Shown here one piece after another: positions 39,072-47,320 of a stretch of 54,041 nucleotides of DNA (the first letter of the stretch is position 1; each line of letters begins with the position of its first letter). The DNA is from an archaeon. GTDB taxonomy: Archaea; EX4484-52; WAPT01. Under the pieces are notes generated by a model that made no database searches, was not told the origin of the DNA, and saw only the letters and a program-made list of their open reading frames with translations. The DNA is taken from assembly GCA_029258795.1 (NCBI GenBank), contig JAPDKB010000005.1:1-54041 (forward strand), in the 5' to 3' direction. A program made the position numbers and the translations under genes.

Positions 39072-40049
39072 CTATAATGTATGTTCCTGAATGTTCAACT
39101 TTTTGCCTAACTCTTCAAAACTCATGACGTCAGTTTTCCAATCTATATCATATCTTAATGCTACCATTTCCTTCCCAAGCTTCTCAAGTGCGCGCTTCGT
39201 GAAATCTCGTGCAATCAAAACTCCTTTTAAACACTCATTACCTAGCTCAGAAACATAATACTTTAGTTGTTTGAAATCATTTTCTGAAGCTTTTCCAAGT
39301 TTGACTTCTATCACAATTTTCCTTGAAACTCCTATAGGTACTGCTTCTTTGATCAATATATCTACATGTCCTTCTGGCAGTGCTTTTTCACTTAAGACTT
39401 CAAGGTTGTTTATATCCAATTCCTTTATTCCACAAACATCCATAAGATTTTCCAAATTAGAATTTTTTGATAAGTATTTCTTTATTAGTGCTTGAAGAAT
39501 AACTTCCTTAAATGAAAATACTTCAGGTGGATTTTCATTTTCTCTCCTTAAACAGAATTTTGGTTTAAAAGTTTCGTATTTCGGCATTTCCAAAGTCTCT
39601 ACATTTTCTTTAATGGTCCTACCTACTTGAGAAACATATTGAAGCGTGGTTTGATCTGCTTGAAAATGTGTTTTCCTATAACCTCCACGCAAAAGCAAAT
39701 TTTCAGCTACATAAGCAAATTCGTTTCTTATGAGGAGCTCTTCAAACTGCCTTACTGGTTCAAGATACAATCTAAAAGGAAACCAGTATGTTCTATTTGA
39801 TGGTTTAAATGTTATCGGTTTCCATGGTGGGAGATCTTTAGCGTCTCGTATTGCTTCTTTTTTCTTAACCCTATAAAGATTATGCGCTCTTGCGCCATAA
39901 AGAAATGAAACAAAATCCCCTTCGTTTATTTCTACATATGCCCATGCGCCATTAATACTATTTGTGAACCCTGCCAGAGCGAATTTTTTACATAGTTCTA
40001 GGTTTTCTCTATTTGACACTGATATTAAAAAATAGTTTGGCTTGTTCAT
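39072..40049 (-). CDS. EVE/PUA-like domain + PD-(D/E)XK (NucS/Mrr-like) endonuclease
   Basis: N-terminal YFLISVSNRENL...EGDFVSFLY is EVE-like; C-terminal E..GHVDIL..VIEVK..QLKYY. Confidence 0.7.
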   Translation of the reverse strand: MNKPNYFLISVSNRENLELCKKFALAGFTNSINGAWAYVEINEGDFVSFLYGARAHNLYRVKKKEAIRDAKDLPPWKPITFKPSNRTYWFPFRLYLEPVRQFEELLIRNEFAYVAENLLLRGGYRKTHFQADQTTLQYVSQVGRTIKENVETLEMPKYETFKPKFCLRRENENPPEVFSFKEVILQALIKKYLSKNSNLENLMDVCGIKELDINNLEVLSEKALPEGHVDILIKEAVPIGVSRKIVIEVKLGKASENDFKQLKYYVSELGNECLKGVLIARDFTKRALEKLGKEMVALRYDIDWKTDVMSFEELGKKLNIQEHTL

Positions 40050-40102
40050 AATTAAGTAAAGCTAATAGAAATCTTATAAATATCACTCCTCTTGATCTAT
40101 TC

Positions 40103-40285
40103 ATGATGAAATATGGTGTTTTATACTGCGTTTGGGATAGTGAAAACGTTATAAAGTTCTCTGAAATTATCGAAGCAGAAAATCTAAGGGAAGCAATCGA
40201 AAAAACAGATAGAAATCTGGAATTAAATGTTGTGATCCCACTTACAAAAGCGAACAAAGAACACCTTAAAAGATTACTCGAATAA
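40103..40285 (+). CDS. Small hypothetical protein
   Basis: 60-aa ORF with protein-like composition filling the gap. Confidence 0.5.
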   Translation: MMKYGVLYCVWDSENVIKFSEIIEAENLREAIEKTDRNLELNVVIPLTKANKEHLKRLLE

Positions 40286-40300
40286 AACAAGAAGCGTTAT

Positions 40301-40516
40301 TCATCCTACTTTCAAAACCTCAAACCCATAACCACTTTCTTTAACAAATTCTATAAATTCAACATCTTGCTCCACAAACCTTTTCCATGCTTCTTCATCA
40401 TTTTCAGCATTGCCTATCCATCTTACCGTTATGTCGTTCCTTTCTATTGTTTCATTCTTGTTGTTTAAATACTCTATCGCATGCGGCGGAACACAAAGGA
40501 CCATGAACTTTGCCAT
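40301..40516 (-). CDS. Small hypothetical protein
   Basis: MAKFMVLC... preceded by TATA-like TTTAAAAAGG. Confidence 0.55.
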   Translation of the reverse strand: MAKFMVLCVPPHAIEYLNNKNETIERNDITVRWIGNAENDEEAWKRFVEQDVEFIEFVKESGYGFEVLKVG

Positions 40517-40725
40517 GAATTTTACTTCCTTTTCAAACCTTTTTAAACTATCTCGTATTGGCTTGCCGAAACACAAAACATACAACTTTGTATAATGCCT
40601 CTACAAAATTACTGACAAAGTAAGGACACCTAGTTGCCACATGCCACACACCGCATGTTAGAAATCGATCTAATGTTAGTACAAACTACTAACTGTAGAA
40701 GGGAAATATTAGCCAAATTAAAAAC

Positions 40726-41067
40726 CTATAATTTCCTTATTCTGATCTTATCTGGTCTAACAATTATTAAACCTTCTTTGTCTTTTAGCTTATCAAACGA
40801 TTTTTCGAGCAAGCTTATTATCCCTTGAGGCGTTAACTTTTTCGGTCTTAGGATTATAATGGTGCCTTTTCTGTATTTGAAATACAGAACTCCAAAATCA
40901 AGATCAAGCGTAATTAATTTGTAGTTATTTTTTAATGCGAATCTATACAGTTTGTCATCAGAGGCTCCTTTCAAGCCAACTTCGTAAGCTTTTACTACTT
41001 CATATCCTTTCGTTTCAAACCAGCTTTTCACACTTAAAGGAACATTGTCATCCAAGAGCAATTTCAT
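40726..41067 (-). CDS. DUF5615 / Mut7-C-like PIN-domain toxin
   Basis: MKLLLDDN, SD and ITLDLDFG motifs. Confidence 0.88.
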   Translation of the reverse strand: MKLLLDDNVPLSVKSWFETKGYEVVKAYEVGLKGASDDKLYRFALKNNYKLITLDLDFGVLYFKYRKGTIIILRPKKLTPQGIISLLEKSFDKLKDKEGLIIVRPDKIRIRKL

Positions 41068-41269
41068 AAAGCTCCTCTCTACTCATAACTTTGGACGCGT
41101 ACCTTATAGCATCCCTTATATCCTCTTCCGTCAGCTCAGGATATTCCTTCAAAATATCCTTCACACTCATACCTTCTGCAAGTAGCTGTAGCACCAAATG
41201 AACTGGAATCCTGGTGCCTTTAATTACAGGTTTACCTCTCAATACCTTTGGGTTTATTTCTATGGGCAT
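41048..41269 (-). CDS. DUF433 antitoxin
   Basis: GKPVIKGTRIPV...EYPELTEEDIRDAIRY; overlaps the PIN gene. Confidence 0.92.
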   Translation of the reverse strand: MPIEINPKVLRGKPVIKGTRIPVHLVLQLLAEGMSVKDILKEYPELTEEDIRDAIRYASKVMSREELYEIALG

Positions 41270-41427
41270 AATACAATCACCTAACCTAAACTTATTTCAT
41301 CTCAAACCTTTTTAAAGTATCATGCACACACAACCTCCAGCTTAGGCACAAACAACGGTAGCCTTGCTTAAGTGATTTTTACCTGTTAGTCCAATACGTT
41401 TTTAAATTCCAAGATGAATTAAAAAAT

Positions 41428-41637
41428 ATGGAGGCTGAAATTGAAAAAAGAATTTTAAAGGAACTTTCGGAAATAAAGAAAGAGCTGAAGATTATGAAAA
41501 AACAGCTCATGGACTTGGATATTTTCTTGACAGAGGAAGAGCACAAGCTGGTTAATGAGAGCATAAAACACGAAAAGGAAGGAAAATTAATCACGTTGGA
41601 CAGCGTTCTCAAAAAACTCGGTGTAGAGGATGTTTGA
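41428..41637 (+). CDS. Putative RelB-type antitoxin
   Basis: LTEEE...EGKLITLDSVLKKLG; overlaps the start of a RelE-like frame. Confidence 0.7.
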   Translation: MEAEIEKRILKELSEIKKELKIMKKQLMDLDIFLTEEEHKLVNESIKHEKEGKLITLDSVLKKLGVEDV

Positions 41638-41725
41638 AGTACTTTTGGACAAGCAACCAATAAAATTCCTTGAAAAAACCGAGAAGGAAGTTGCCAAGCG
41701 GATTCTTATCAAGCTCAAAGCTCTC
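41630..41725 (+). pseudogene. Truncated RelE/ParE toxin
   Basis: MFEVLLDKQPIKFLEKTEKEVAKRILIKLKAL then loses similarity; the catalytic YR.RVGDYR part is absent. Confidence 0.7.
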
Positions 41726-41803
41726 TTTTGCTTTTTTATCACTCATGTAAATATACAAACTATCGTTTTCGTAATCATAATCAAACATTATCTTCTTTTC
41801 CAT
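41706..41803 (-). pseudogene. Truncated DUF2283 protein
   Basis: AGGTGAGG SD, then MEKKIMFDYDYENDSLYIY..AKESFELD, running into relE antisense sequence. Confidence 0.65.
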
Positions 41804-42039
41804 AACCTCACCTTCTTTTGCATTTTTGAAGTTCCTTTTTTCAGAAATTTTATCAAATAATTCTTTAACTTCGTTTTGAAATTGTTTGAGATCCATAATC
41901 ACAGTTATTCGAGATCTTTTATAAACTTGGTGTTCCCGCGATTACTCATGATATTTTGATGACCTTACCGAAAAATAAAAAAGGATTTTCAAACACACCC
42001 GCATTTAACTATAAATGTCTCAAAAACCCAGGAATATTA

Positions 42040-42694
42040 ATGATAAAAGGTATAATATTTGATCTCTACGGCACGCTTGCTTACAAACCAAAATCTGTAG
42101 ATCCTGAAAAGTTTTGCGCTTTTCTAAGGAAAAATGGATACGATGTATACCCTCAAGAATATCAGACAACTTACAAATTTGTATTTTTTTGTGGAATATC
42201 CGAAGGGCCATATAAATTCCTACGAGGGTTTTTATCGCAAGGTTCTTGAACTTCTGGGTTTTATTCCAGATAAGGACATTCTAGTCAAGATAGTAAATTA
42301 TGTGAAGAAGCGGGACGTGTTCCGTCTTTACCCAAACGTAAAGTTCATTAAAGGCCTGAATGTTCACAAAGCAATTCTCACTACCACACCAATATTCATG
42401 TTTAACTATCTCCATCTTGACGAATTTGATCCAATATTTACTGGAAAAGAGATAGGAAGAGCTAAACCACATCCAAATGGATGGTTGAAAATCCTCAATA
42501 TATGGAAATTAAGGCCTTCAGAGGTTCTCATGGTTGGGGATGAAGTGGATGGAGATATAATTCTTGCAAGAAAATTGGGAATAAAAACAGCTTTCATCAG
42601 CAGAGAAGGACAGAAATGCGATAAAGCAGATTATAACATCTCATCCCTTAAGGAAATTTTGGAAATATTGGGTAATGAGTATGCGAGCGAATGA
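42040..42694 (+). pseudogene. HAD-IA hydrolase split by a +1 frameshift in a T7 run
   Basis: IIFDLYGTL in one frame; KPHP and MVGDEVDGD in the next. Removing one T at 42184-42190 restores KFVFFVEYPK. Confidence 0.85.
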
Positions 42695-42762
42695 AGCGAA
42701 TAAAGAATAAGCTCGGGGTTAATTCCTATAATTTTATGTACTTGCGTGATGAATTGTTCATC

Positions 42763-43212
42763 ATGAAAAAATATTTGGTTGTTGGTGGAGCAGTTATTTT
42801 TAATGCATTATTAATTCATCTATCTCTTGCTTATATAATCCCCTCAGTATTCGGTTATACTTCCTCTGCTTTCGCCGTTTATTTAATCCTGGCAATAATA
42901 GGATATATCCTTGGTAGGATCTATACTCTATACTTTTCCAGAAAATTACAGCTAGATAAACGAGGGTGGTTAATTATCGGGATTTTAATGGCGTCTTTAA
43001 TATTTGTTCAATTTGTTTTATCATTTTGGTATGTTGAACAACAGACTCGACAGATAGAAACTGTTCTTCAACAGGCTGGAGAGCTCACAGGTTTTCAAAT
43101 AGAACTCTATAGGACGCCTCTCAGCCCATTTCTAATGATATTGAGTTTCCTGGTTCCGTTTGTATTTCCTTTTGTTAGAGCCTATTTGAATATCAGTTCA
43201 ATTCGTACATAG
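42763..43212 (+). CDS. Hypothetical 4-TM membrane protein
   Basis: Four hydrophobic segments. Confidence 0.65.
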   Translation: MKKYLVVGGAVIFNALLIHLSLAYIIPSVFGYTSSAFAVYLILAIIGYILGRIYTLYFSRKLQLDKRGWLIIGILMASLIFVQFVLSFWYVEQQTRQIETVLQQAGELTGFQIELYRTPLSPFLMILSFLVPFVFPFVRAYLNISSIRT

Positions 43213-43287
43213 CCCTTCTACTAACCAAAGATACCTAGAGATGGATCGCAATTTAATTTATGTATCAAAACTTAATGTGTGTTTGGT

Positions 43288-43878
43288 ATGACCCAACTAA
43301 AAATAATCACCACCAATAGGAACAAGTTTAAAGAACTGAGCAGAGCTTTGGAAGGAATTGCTGAAGTAAAATGGGTCAATTTACAAATTCCAGAATCAAG
43401 GGATCTGGATGTTGTGGATGTTTGTAAAAATAAGCTATGGTTGGCACATAAGATAACAGGAGAAAGAAACATCGTGGTGGAGGATAGGGGTTTTTACATA
43501 AACGAACTAAATGGGTTTCCCGGCTCAATGGTTAATCTTGTACTGCAAACTATTGGCATCGAGAGAATCATCAAGCTTGTGGAAAAGGACAAGAAATGCT
43601 ATTTCAAGTACGCATTGGGATATCTTGATGAGAACAACAAGACGCATTTTTTCACAAGTGTGGAGCAAGGCATGTTAGCTGAAAATGTAAGAGGGAACAA
43701 TGATAGAGGATGGAGTCCTTTAATGAACGTGTTTATAAGTCCTATGTTCCCAAAGAAAACCTTGGCTGAGCTGAATGATGAAGAATGGAGAAAATACAAG
43801 GAAGTATTCCACAAGAACAGCCACATAAGCAAGTTTGTTGAGTTCATTTTATCAGACAGGCAGGCATCTTCCTGTTAA
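43288..43878 (+). CDS. Ham1/ITPase-family NTP pyrophosphatase (divergent)
   Basis: ITTNRNK, VEDRG..LNGFPG, KTLAEL, SH. Confidence 0.85.
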   Translation: MTQLKIITTNRNKFKELSRALEGIAEVKWVNLQIPESRDLDVVDVCKNKLWLAHKITGERNIVVEDRGFYINELNGFPGSMVNLVLQTIGIERIIKLVEKDKKCYFKYALGYLDENNKTHFFTSVEQGMLAENVRGNNDRGWSPLMNVFISPMFPKKTLAELNDEEWRKYKEVFHKNSHISKFVEFILSDRQASSC

Positions 43879-44083
43879 CCCACAAATACACCACAACAAG
43901 TATCGCAAAACAAGCCCTATGTAGGTGTGGAGCACACTCCACTGGTGTTTCCTCCATCCCTAAAAAACTTCAGTACTTGCTTCCCGGTCCGGAGGGAGCA
44001 AAGTAAACCGTGATTCCACCCAAAGCAATAATAAGAAAGGTCACCACAGGCAAAAATATCGATTACAAGCAGACCCTTCTCAT
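43866..44083 (-). pseudogene. Decayed DUF4405-like membrane protein gene
   Basis: Read across frameshifts and one stop: LLVIDIF/PVVTFLIIALGGITVYFAPSGPGSKY*SFLGME/KHQWSVLHTYIGLV/AILVVVYLWVN. Confidence 0.6.
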
Positions 44084-44105
44084 GTTCGTGAAGTTCCACC
44101 ATCCT

Positions 44106-45293
44106 TCACATCCAAAATTCATACTTCTCCAAGTATTCGAGAGCTTCCTTCTTTCTTAAGTTCACTTCCCTCTCTTTATCGGATATTATCTCCCTCTCCA
44201 GCTTATCCTTCACGATCTCAAACACGTCTATGGCATTAAAGCCCTCGTATCTCGCAACGTAAACTTTACCGGGAGTTATCAATCTCAGCTTTATAAGAAA
44301 ACGCTTTGCATCAGGCCTTGTTGCCTTAATCTGCTTGAAGTGCACGAAAAGCATAGCTTCATCAAACATTTTCTTGGCAAGGTCAAGCAGTTTTTCCACA
44401 TCCTTTTTGATGTGTTCCATCTCAAAAGCATCAACTTTATCATAATCCCCGGCAAACTGCACCACGAACTTGCCTTCGGCAGGAAGTTTTGCATACTTCA
44501 GCAGGGCTTCAAGCACATCTCTCTTGGTTATGATACCCACCGCCTTATCGCTCTCGTCAGCTATCACAACGCTTGAAATATCATGCCTCTTCATCAAACC
44601 AACAACCTCTTTGAGTTTTGCATCAGCACCCACACTTATGACAGGAGAGCTCATTATTTTTTTGACTGGCGCGGAAAGCGGATGGACTTTCTCACCCTTC
44701 ATCTCACCCCTTTTAGCTCTCTCACGAGGTATCAAAAACCTTATAACTATATCGTGCATGGTGACTATTCCCACAACTTTACCTCTATCTATAACAGGAG
44801 CTCTGGATATGTTGTTGTCCCTGAAAACAGCAAGAGCTTTCCCTATGCTGTCGGAAGGAAGAAGGGTTATCAGGTCAGCTGTACAGTAATCGATGGCTTT
44901 CTCATCACCGAACGCCTTCTCAACAACCTTGACAAGGAGGTCAACATCACCCACAATACCCGCAACAACATCCTCATCTTTATCAAATACGGGCACTGCC
45001 TGCACATAGTTTTCAATCATCCTTCTGGCAACCTCTACAAGAGGTGTGTCCTCATAAGCTTTAGGCACGTGTCTTGCTAGTGTTTTCACCTTCGTTTTTG
45101 TAGGATCAACTCTCGCTCTATAAATCCACCTTTCAGAAAGCACGCCAACATAATTGCCTTGGCTATCCACAACCATTATAACATCCGGCTCCTTTTCCTC
45201 AAACACAGTTATCGCTTTGGAAAGCTTCTCATCTTCCTCCATTATCGCGAAATTCTTGCTCATCACATCTCCAGCCTTTAAAGTCTCCACCAT
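44106..45293 (-). CDS. Four CBS domains + C-terminal HPF/RaiA-like domain; putative ribosome hibernation factor
   Basis: Two Bateman modules (GIVTMHD, GIITKRD), then a beta-alpha-beta3-alpha-like tail ending FEIVKDKLEREI. Confidence 0.75.
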   Translation of the reverse strand: MVETLKAGDVMSKNFAIMEEDEKLSKAITVFEEKEPDVIMVVDSQGNYVGVLSERWIYRARVDPTKTKVKTLARHVPKAYEDTPLVEVARRMIENYVQAVPVFDKDEDVVAGIVGDVDLLVKVVEKAFGDEKAIDYCTADLITLLPSDSIGKALAVFRDNNISRAPVIDRGKVVGIVTMHDIVIRFLIPRERAKRGEMKGEKVHPLSAPVKKIMSSPVISVGADAKLKEVVGLMKRHDISSVVIADESDKAVGIITKRDVLEALLKYAKLPAEGKFVVQFAGDYDKVDAFEMEHIKKDVEKLLDLAKKMFDEAMLFVHFKQIKATRPDAKRFLIKLRLITPGKVYVARYEGFNAIDVFEIVKDKLEREIISDKEREVNLRKKEALEYLEKYEFWM

Positions 45294-45349
45294 AATCGAC
45301 CACCCTCGACAAACAATCCTGTATTAAGAAAGGGAATTTTTAAATTGTT

Positions 45350-46036
45350 TTAAAGTGTGTCGACTCTCACCACCATGCCATCATCGGTAATCTCCAGAGG
45401 GAAGGTTCCGTTGCGGTGGTTGGTCCTCCTCATCTTCCTCACTTCTATGTTTCTGAACACGCCCTCTCCTATCCCCATATAATAAAGAACTATCACGCCA
45501 TCACAAACAAACTCCTCAACCCCAAACCTGCTCAGCTGGTTTGAGTTCTCCGGAATCTCTGTGGAGAGCAGGATCGTGGATCCGGTTGACTTTACACTCT
45601 CTATCAGCTTGTAAAGCATCTTTCTTATTTTATAGAGGTCATTCACATAAAGTCCAAATAGGGCTGTGGAATCTATGGCGACTCTTGCATAGTTGTTCAT
45701 CTTTATCATGTCCGAAAGCCGGTTTGCCAAATCCCCAAGCTCAAATGGATCGAAGTACTCTATGCGCAGCTGTCCGTTTTGCTCGTAGGTTTCAAAATCC
45801 CAACCGAAAACAGCAGCATCGCCCTTTATCTCTTCCGGCGTCTCCTCAAGCGTCACAAAAAGGCAGTTTTCCCCTCTCTTCAAACCCTCCCAGATGAACT
45901 GGCTGAGAAAGGTTGTTTTACCTGTACCCGTGCCTCCAGCCACAAGAACAGCACTACCCTTCGGAAATCCTCCATCAATCAGTTCATCCAAGCCGGGTAT
46001 GCCTGAGGGAACCCTTTCAATCATCACTTTTGCCAT
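45350..46036 (-). CDS. Single-domain KaiC/RAD55-family ATPase
   Basis: SGIPGLD, GGTGTGKT, TLEE, AIDS, EEFVCDG, KMRRT. Confidence 0.92.
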   Translation of the reverse strand: MAKVMIERVPSGIPGLDELIDGGFPKGSAVLVAGGTGTGKTTFLSQFIWEGLKRGENCLFVTLEETPEEIKGDAAVFGWDFETYEQNGQLRIEYFDPFELGDLANRLSDMIKMNNYARVAIDSTALFGLYVNDLYKIRKMLYKLIESVKSTGSTILLSTEIPENSNQLSRFGVEEFVCDGVIVLYYMGIGEGVFRNIEVRKMRRTNHRNGTFPLEITDDGMVVRVDTL

Positions 46037-46070
46037 ACCTTATAATTTCAAAAGAAGTTGTATATAAAAT

Positions 46071-46436
46071 TTATTTCTTCTTCTTTTTCTTTTCGGTTTC
46101 AGCAGGATGAGCCATAACTCCGATTCCTATGGTCTGCGCGGCTTCAATCATTTTCATGATACCAACTGCCAGAAGTATCCCGAAAGTCGTGAAAAATATT
46201 ATGAAGAGTTTGAACATGCTGTATTGCAGCCATGATTCAAGCCCGAAGTAAATTATCATGCTTCCAGCAAGCAAGATATATGATGCCAACATGAATATCA
46301 TGAAGGACTGCTTGAATATCTTGAGCCTGAAAATTCTGTATGCTTCAAGCGAAACATAGACTAGGGCTACAGAAACACCTATGTTGACAAGCGTCACTAT
46401 CGCAAGCATGGAGTTTTTGAAAAGTCCCTCAAGCAT
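46071..46436 (-). CDS. Small 3-TM membrane protein (paralog A)
   Basis: Shares NI.VSVALVYVS..AY...LK.FK..F.IFM.ASYI with 46658-46990. Confidence 0.8.
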   Translation of the reverse strand: MLEGLFKNSMLAIVTLVNIGVSVALVYVSLEAYRIFRLKIFKQSFMIFMLASYILLAGSMIIYFGLESWLQYSMFKLFIIFFTTFGILLAVGIMKMIEAAQTIGIGVMAHPAETEKKKKKK

Positions 46437-46501
46437 GATTCTTTTTTTTTACAGAAACACTTTATATTATTTTTGTTCACGGGGAAGGTAGTACTAACAA
46501 A

Positions 46502-46605
46502 TGGAGCCCGGGGTGGGACTCGAACCCACGACCACGAGTTCTCCAGCACGTGGCTACGAGATTCACGCTACAAGACTCGCGCTCTACCAACTGAGCTACC
46601 CGGGC
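46502..46605 (-). tRNA. tRNA-Thr(UGU) with a 28-nt intron at 37/38
   Basis: GCCCGGG/CCCGGGC acceptor stem, CGAGT/ACTCG anticodon stem, CT-TGT-A loop, TTCGAGT T-loop, U73, encoded CCA; intron 46541-46568. Confidence 0.93.
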
Positions 46606-46657
46606 GCGAGAAAAATATATAATAAAGAAGAATATTGGCAAAACCTTTAAAATTTTT

Positions 46658-46990
46658 TCAGGACTTGGTGCCCATCCCCAAGGCTGTGATCGCATTGGCA
46701 AGCCTGAAAATTCCGAAGGACAACACTATGAGGAATGTCGTGAAACATGTAATGAATATTTTTAGTACGAAATCATTAAATAACAGGTCTTTGAGGCCCA
46801 AGTAAACTGTCATGTTCGCAGCCAGCCAAATGTAAGATGCGATCATGAAGATGAAAAAAGCGTCCTTGAACACCTTGAGCTTGACTTCCTTGTACGCGAC
46901 CATTGAAACGTAAACCAATGCTACTGACACCGCTATATTTGCGAGCAGCAGTATGCTCATCAAACTTTGCTCGCTTGCCATGGGGCTCAC
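46658..46990 (-). CDS. Small 3-TM membrane protein (paralog B)
   Basis: Colinear similarity to 46071-46436. Confidence 0.8.
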   Translation of the reverse strand: MSPMASEQSLMSILLLANIAVSVALVYVSMVAYKEVKLKVFKDAFFIFMIASYIWLAANMTVYLGLKDLLFNDFVLKIFITCFTTFLIVLSFGIFRLANAITALGMGTKS

Positions 46991-47244
46991 TTTTTCTTCT
47001 TTTTCAACAACCTCTCAACCAAAACCTTTTTTCCACATCCCTCACACTCTATTCTGTATGGCCTTCTTTTGAATGATGCTTTGCCTTTCTGTTCCTTCCC
47101 GCAGTAAGGACAGACCATCATGTAATGAAATTCCTCCTCGCCCCTAACCCTGTACATAACTACTCTGCCTTTCTTTTCCCCCTTGTCGTTGGCGAGGGTT
47201 CTCTTCGTGAAATAATCCAGCTCTTCAATCGGCGGAATCTTCAT
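46987..47244 (-). CDS. Small Zn-ribbon protein
   Basis: CPYC and CEGC; 4-bp overlap with the next gene. Confidence 0.75.
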   Translation of the reverse strand: MKIPPIEELDYFTKRTLANDKGEKKGRVVMYRVRGEEEFHYMMVCPYCGKEQKGKASFKRRPYRIECEGCGKKVLVERLLKKKKK

Positions 47245-47320
47245 GAAAAAGGATTATTTTTTAACTCCTATATAAAGATTTGGATAATGTTTTTATTCTC
47301 CAAAAACCACATCCTACATT

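Noticed and set aside
40695-43221. Shared CCCTTCTAC element downstream of two island genes
   Set aside because: 9-bp match with poor flanking similarity and no dif geometry; compatible with chance.
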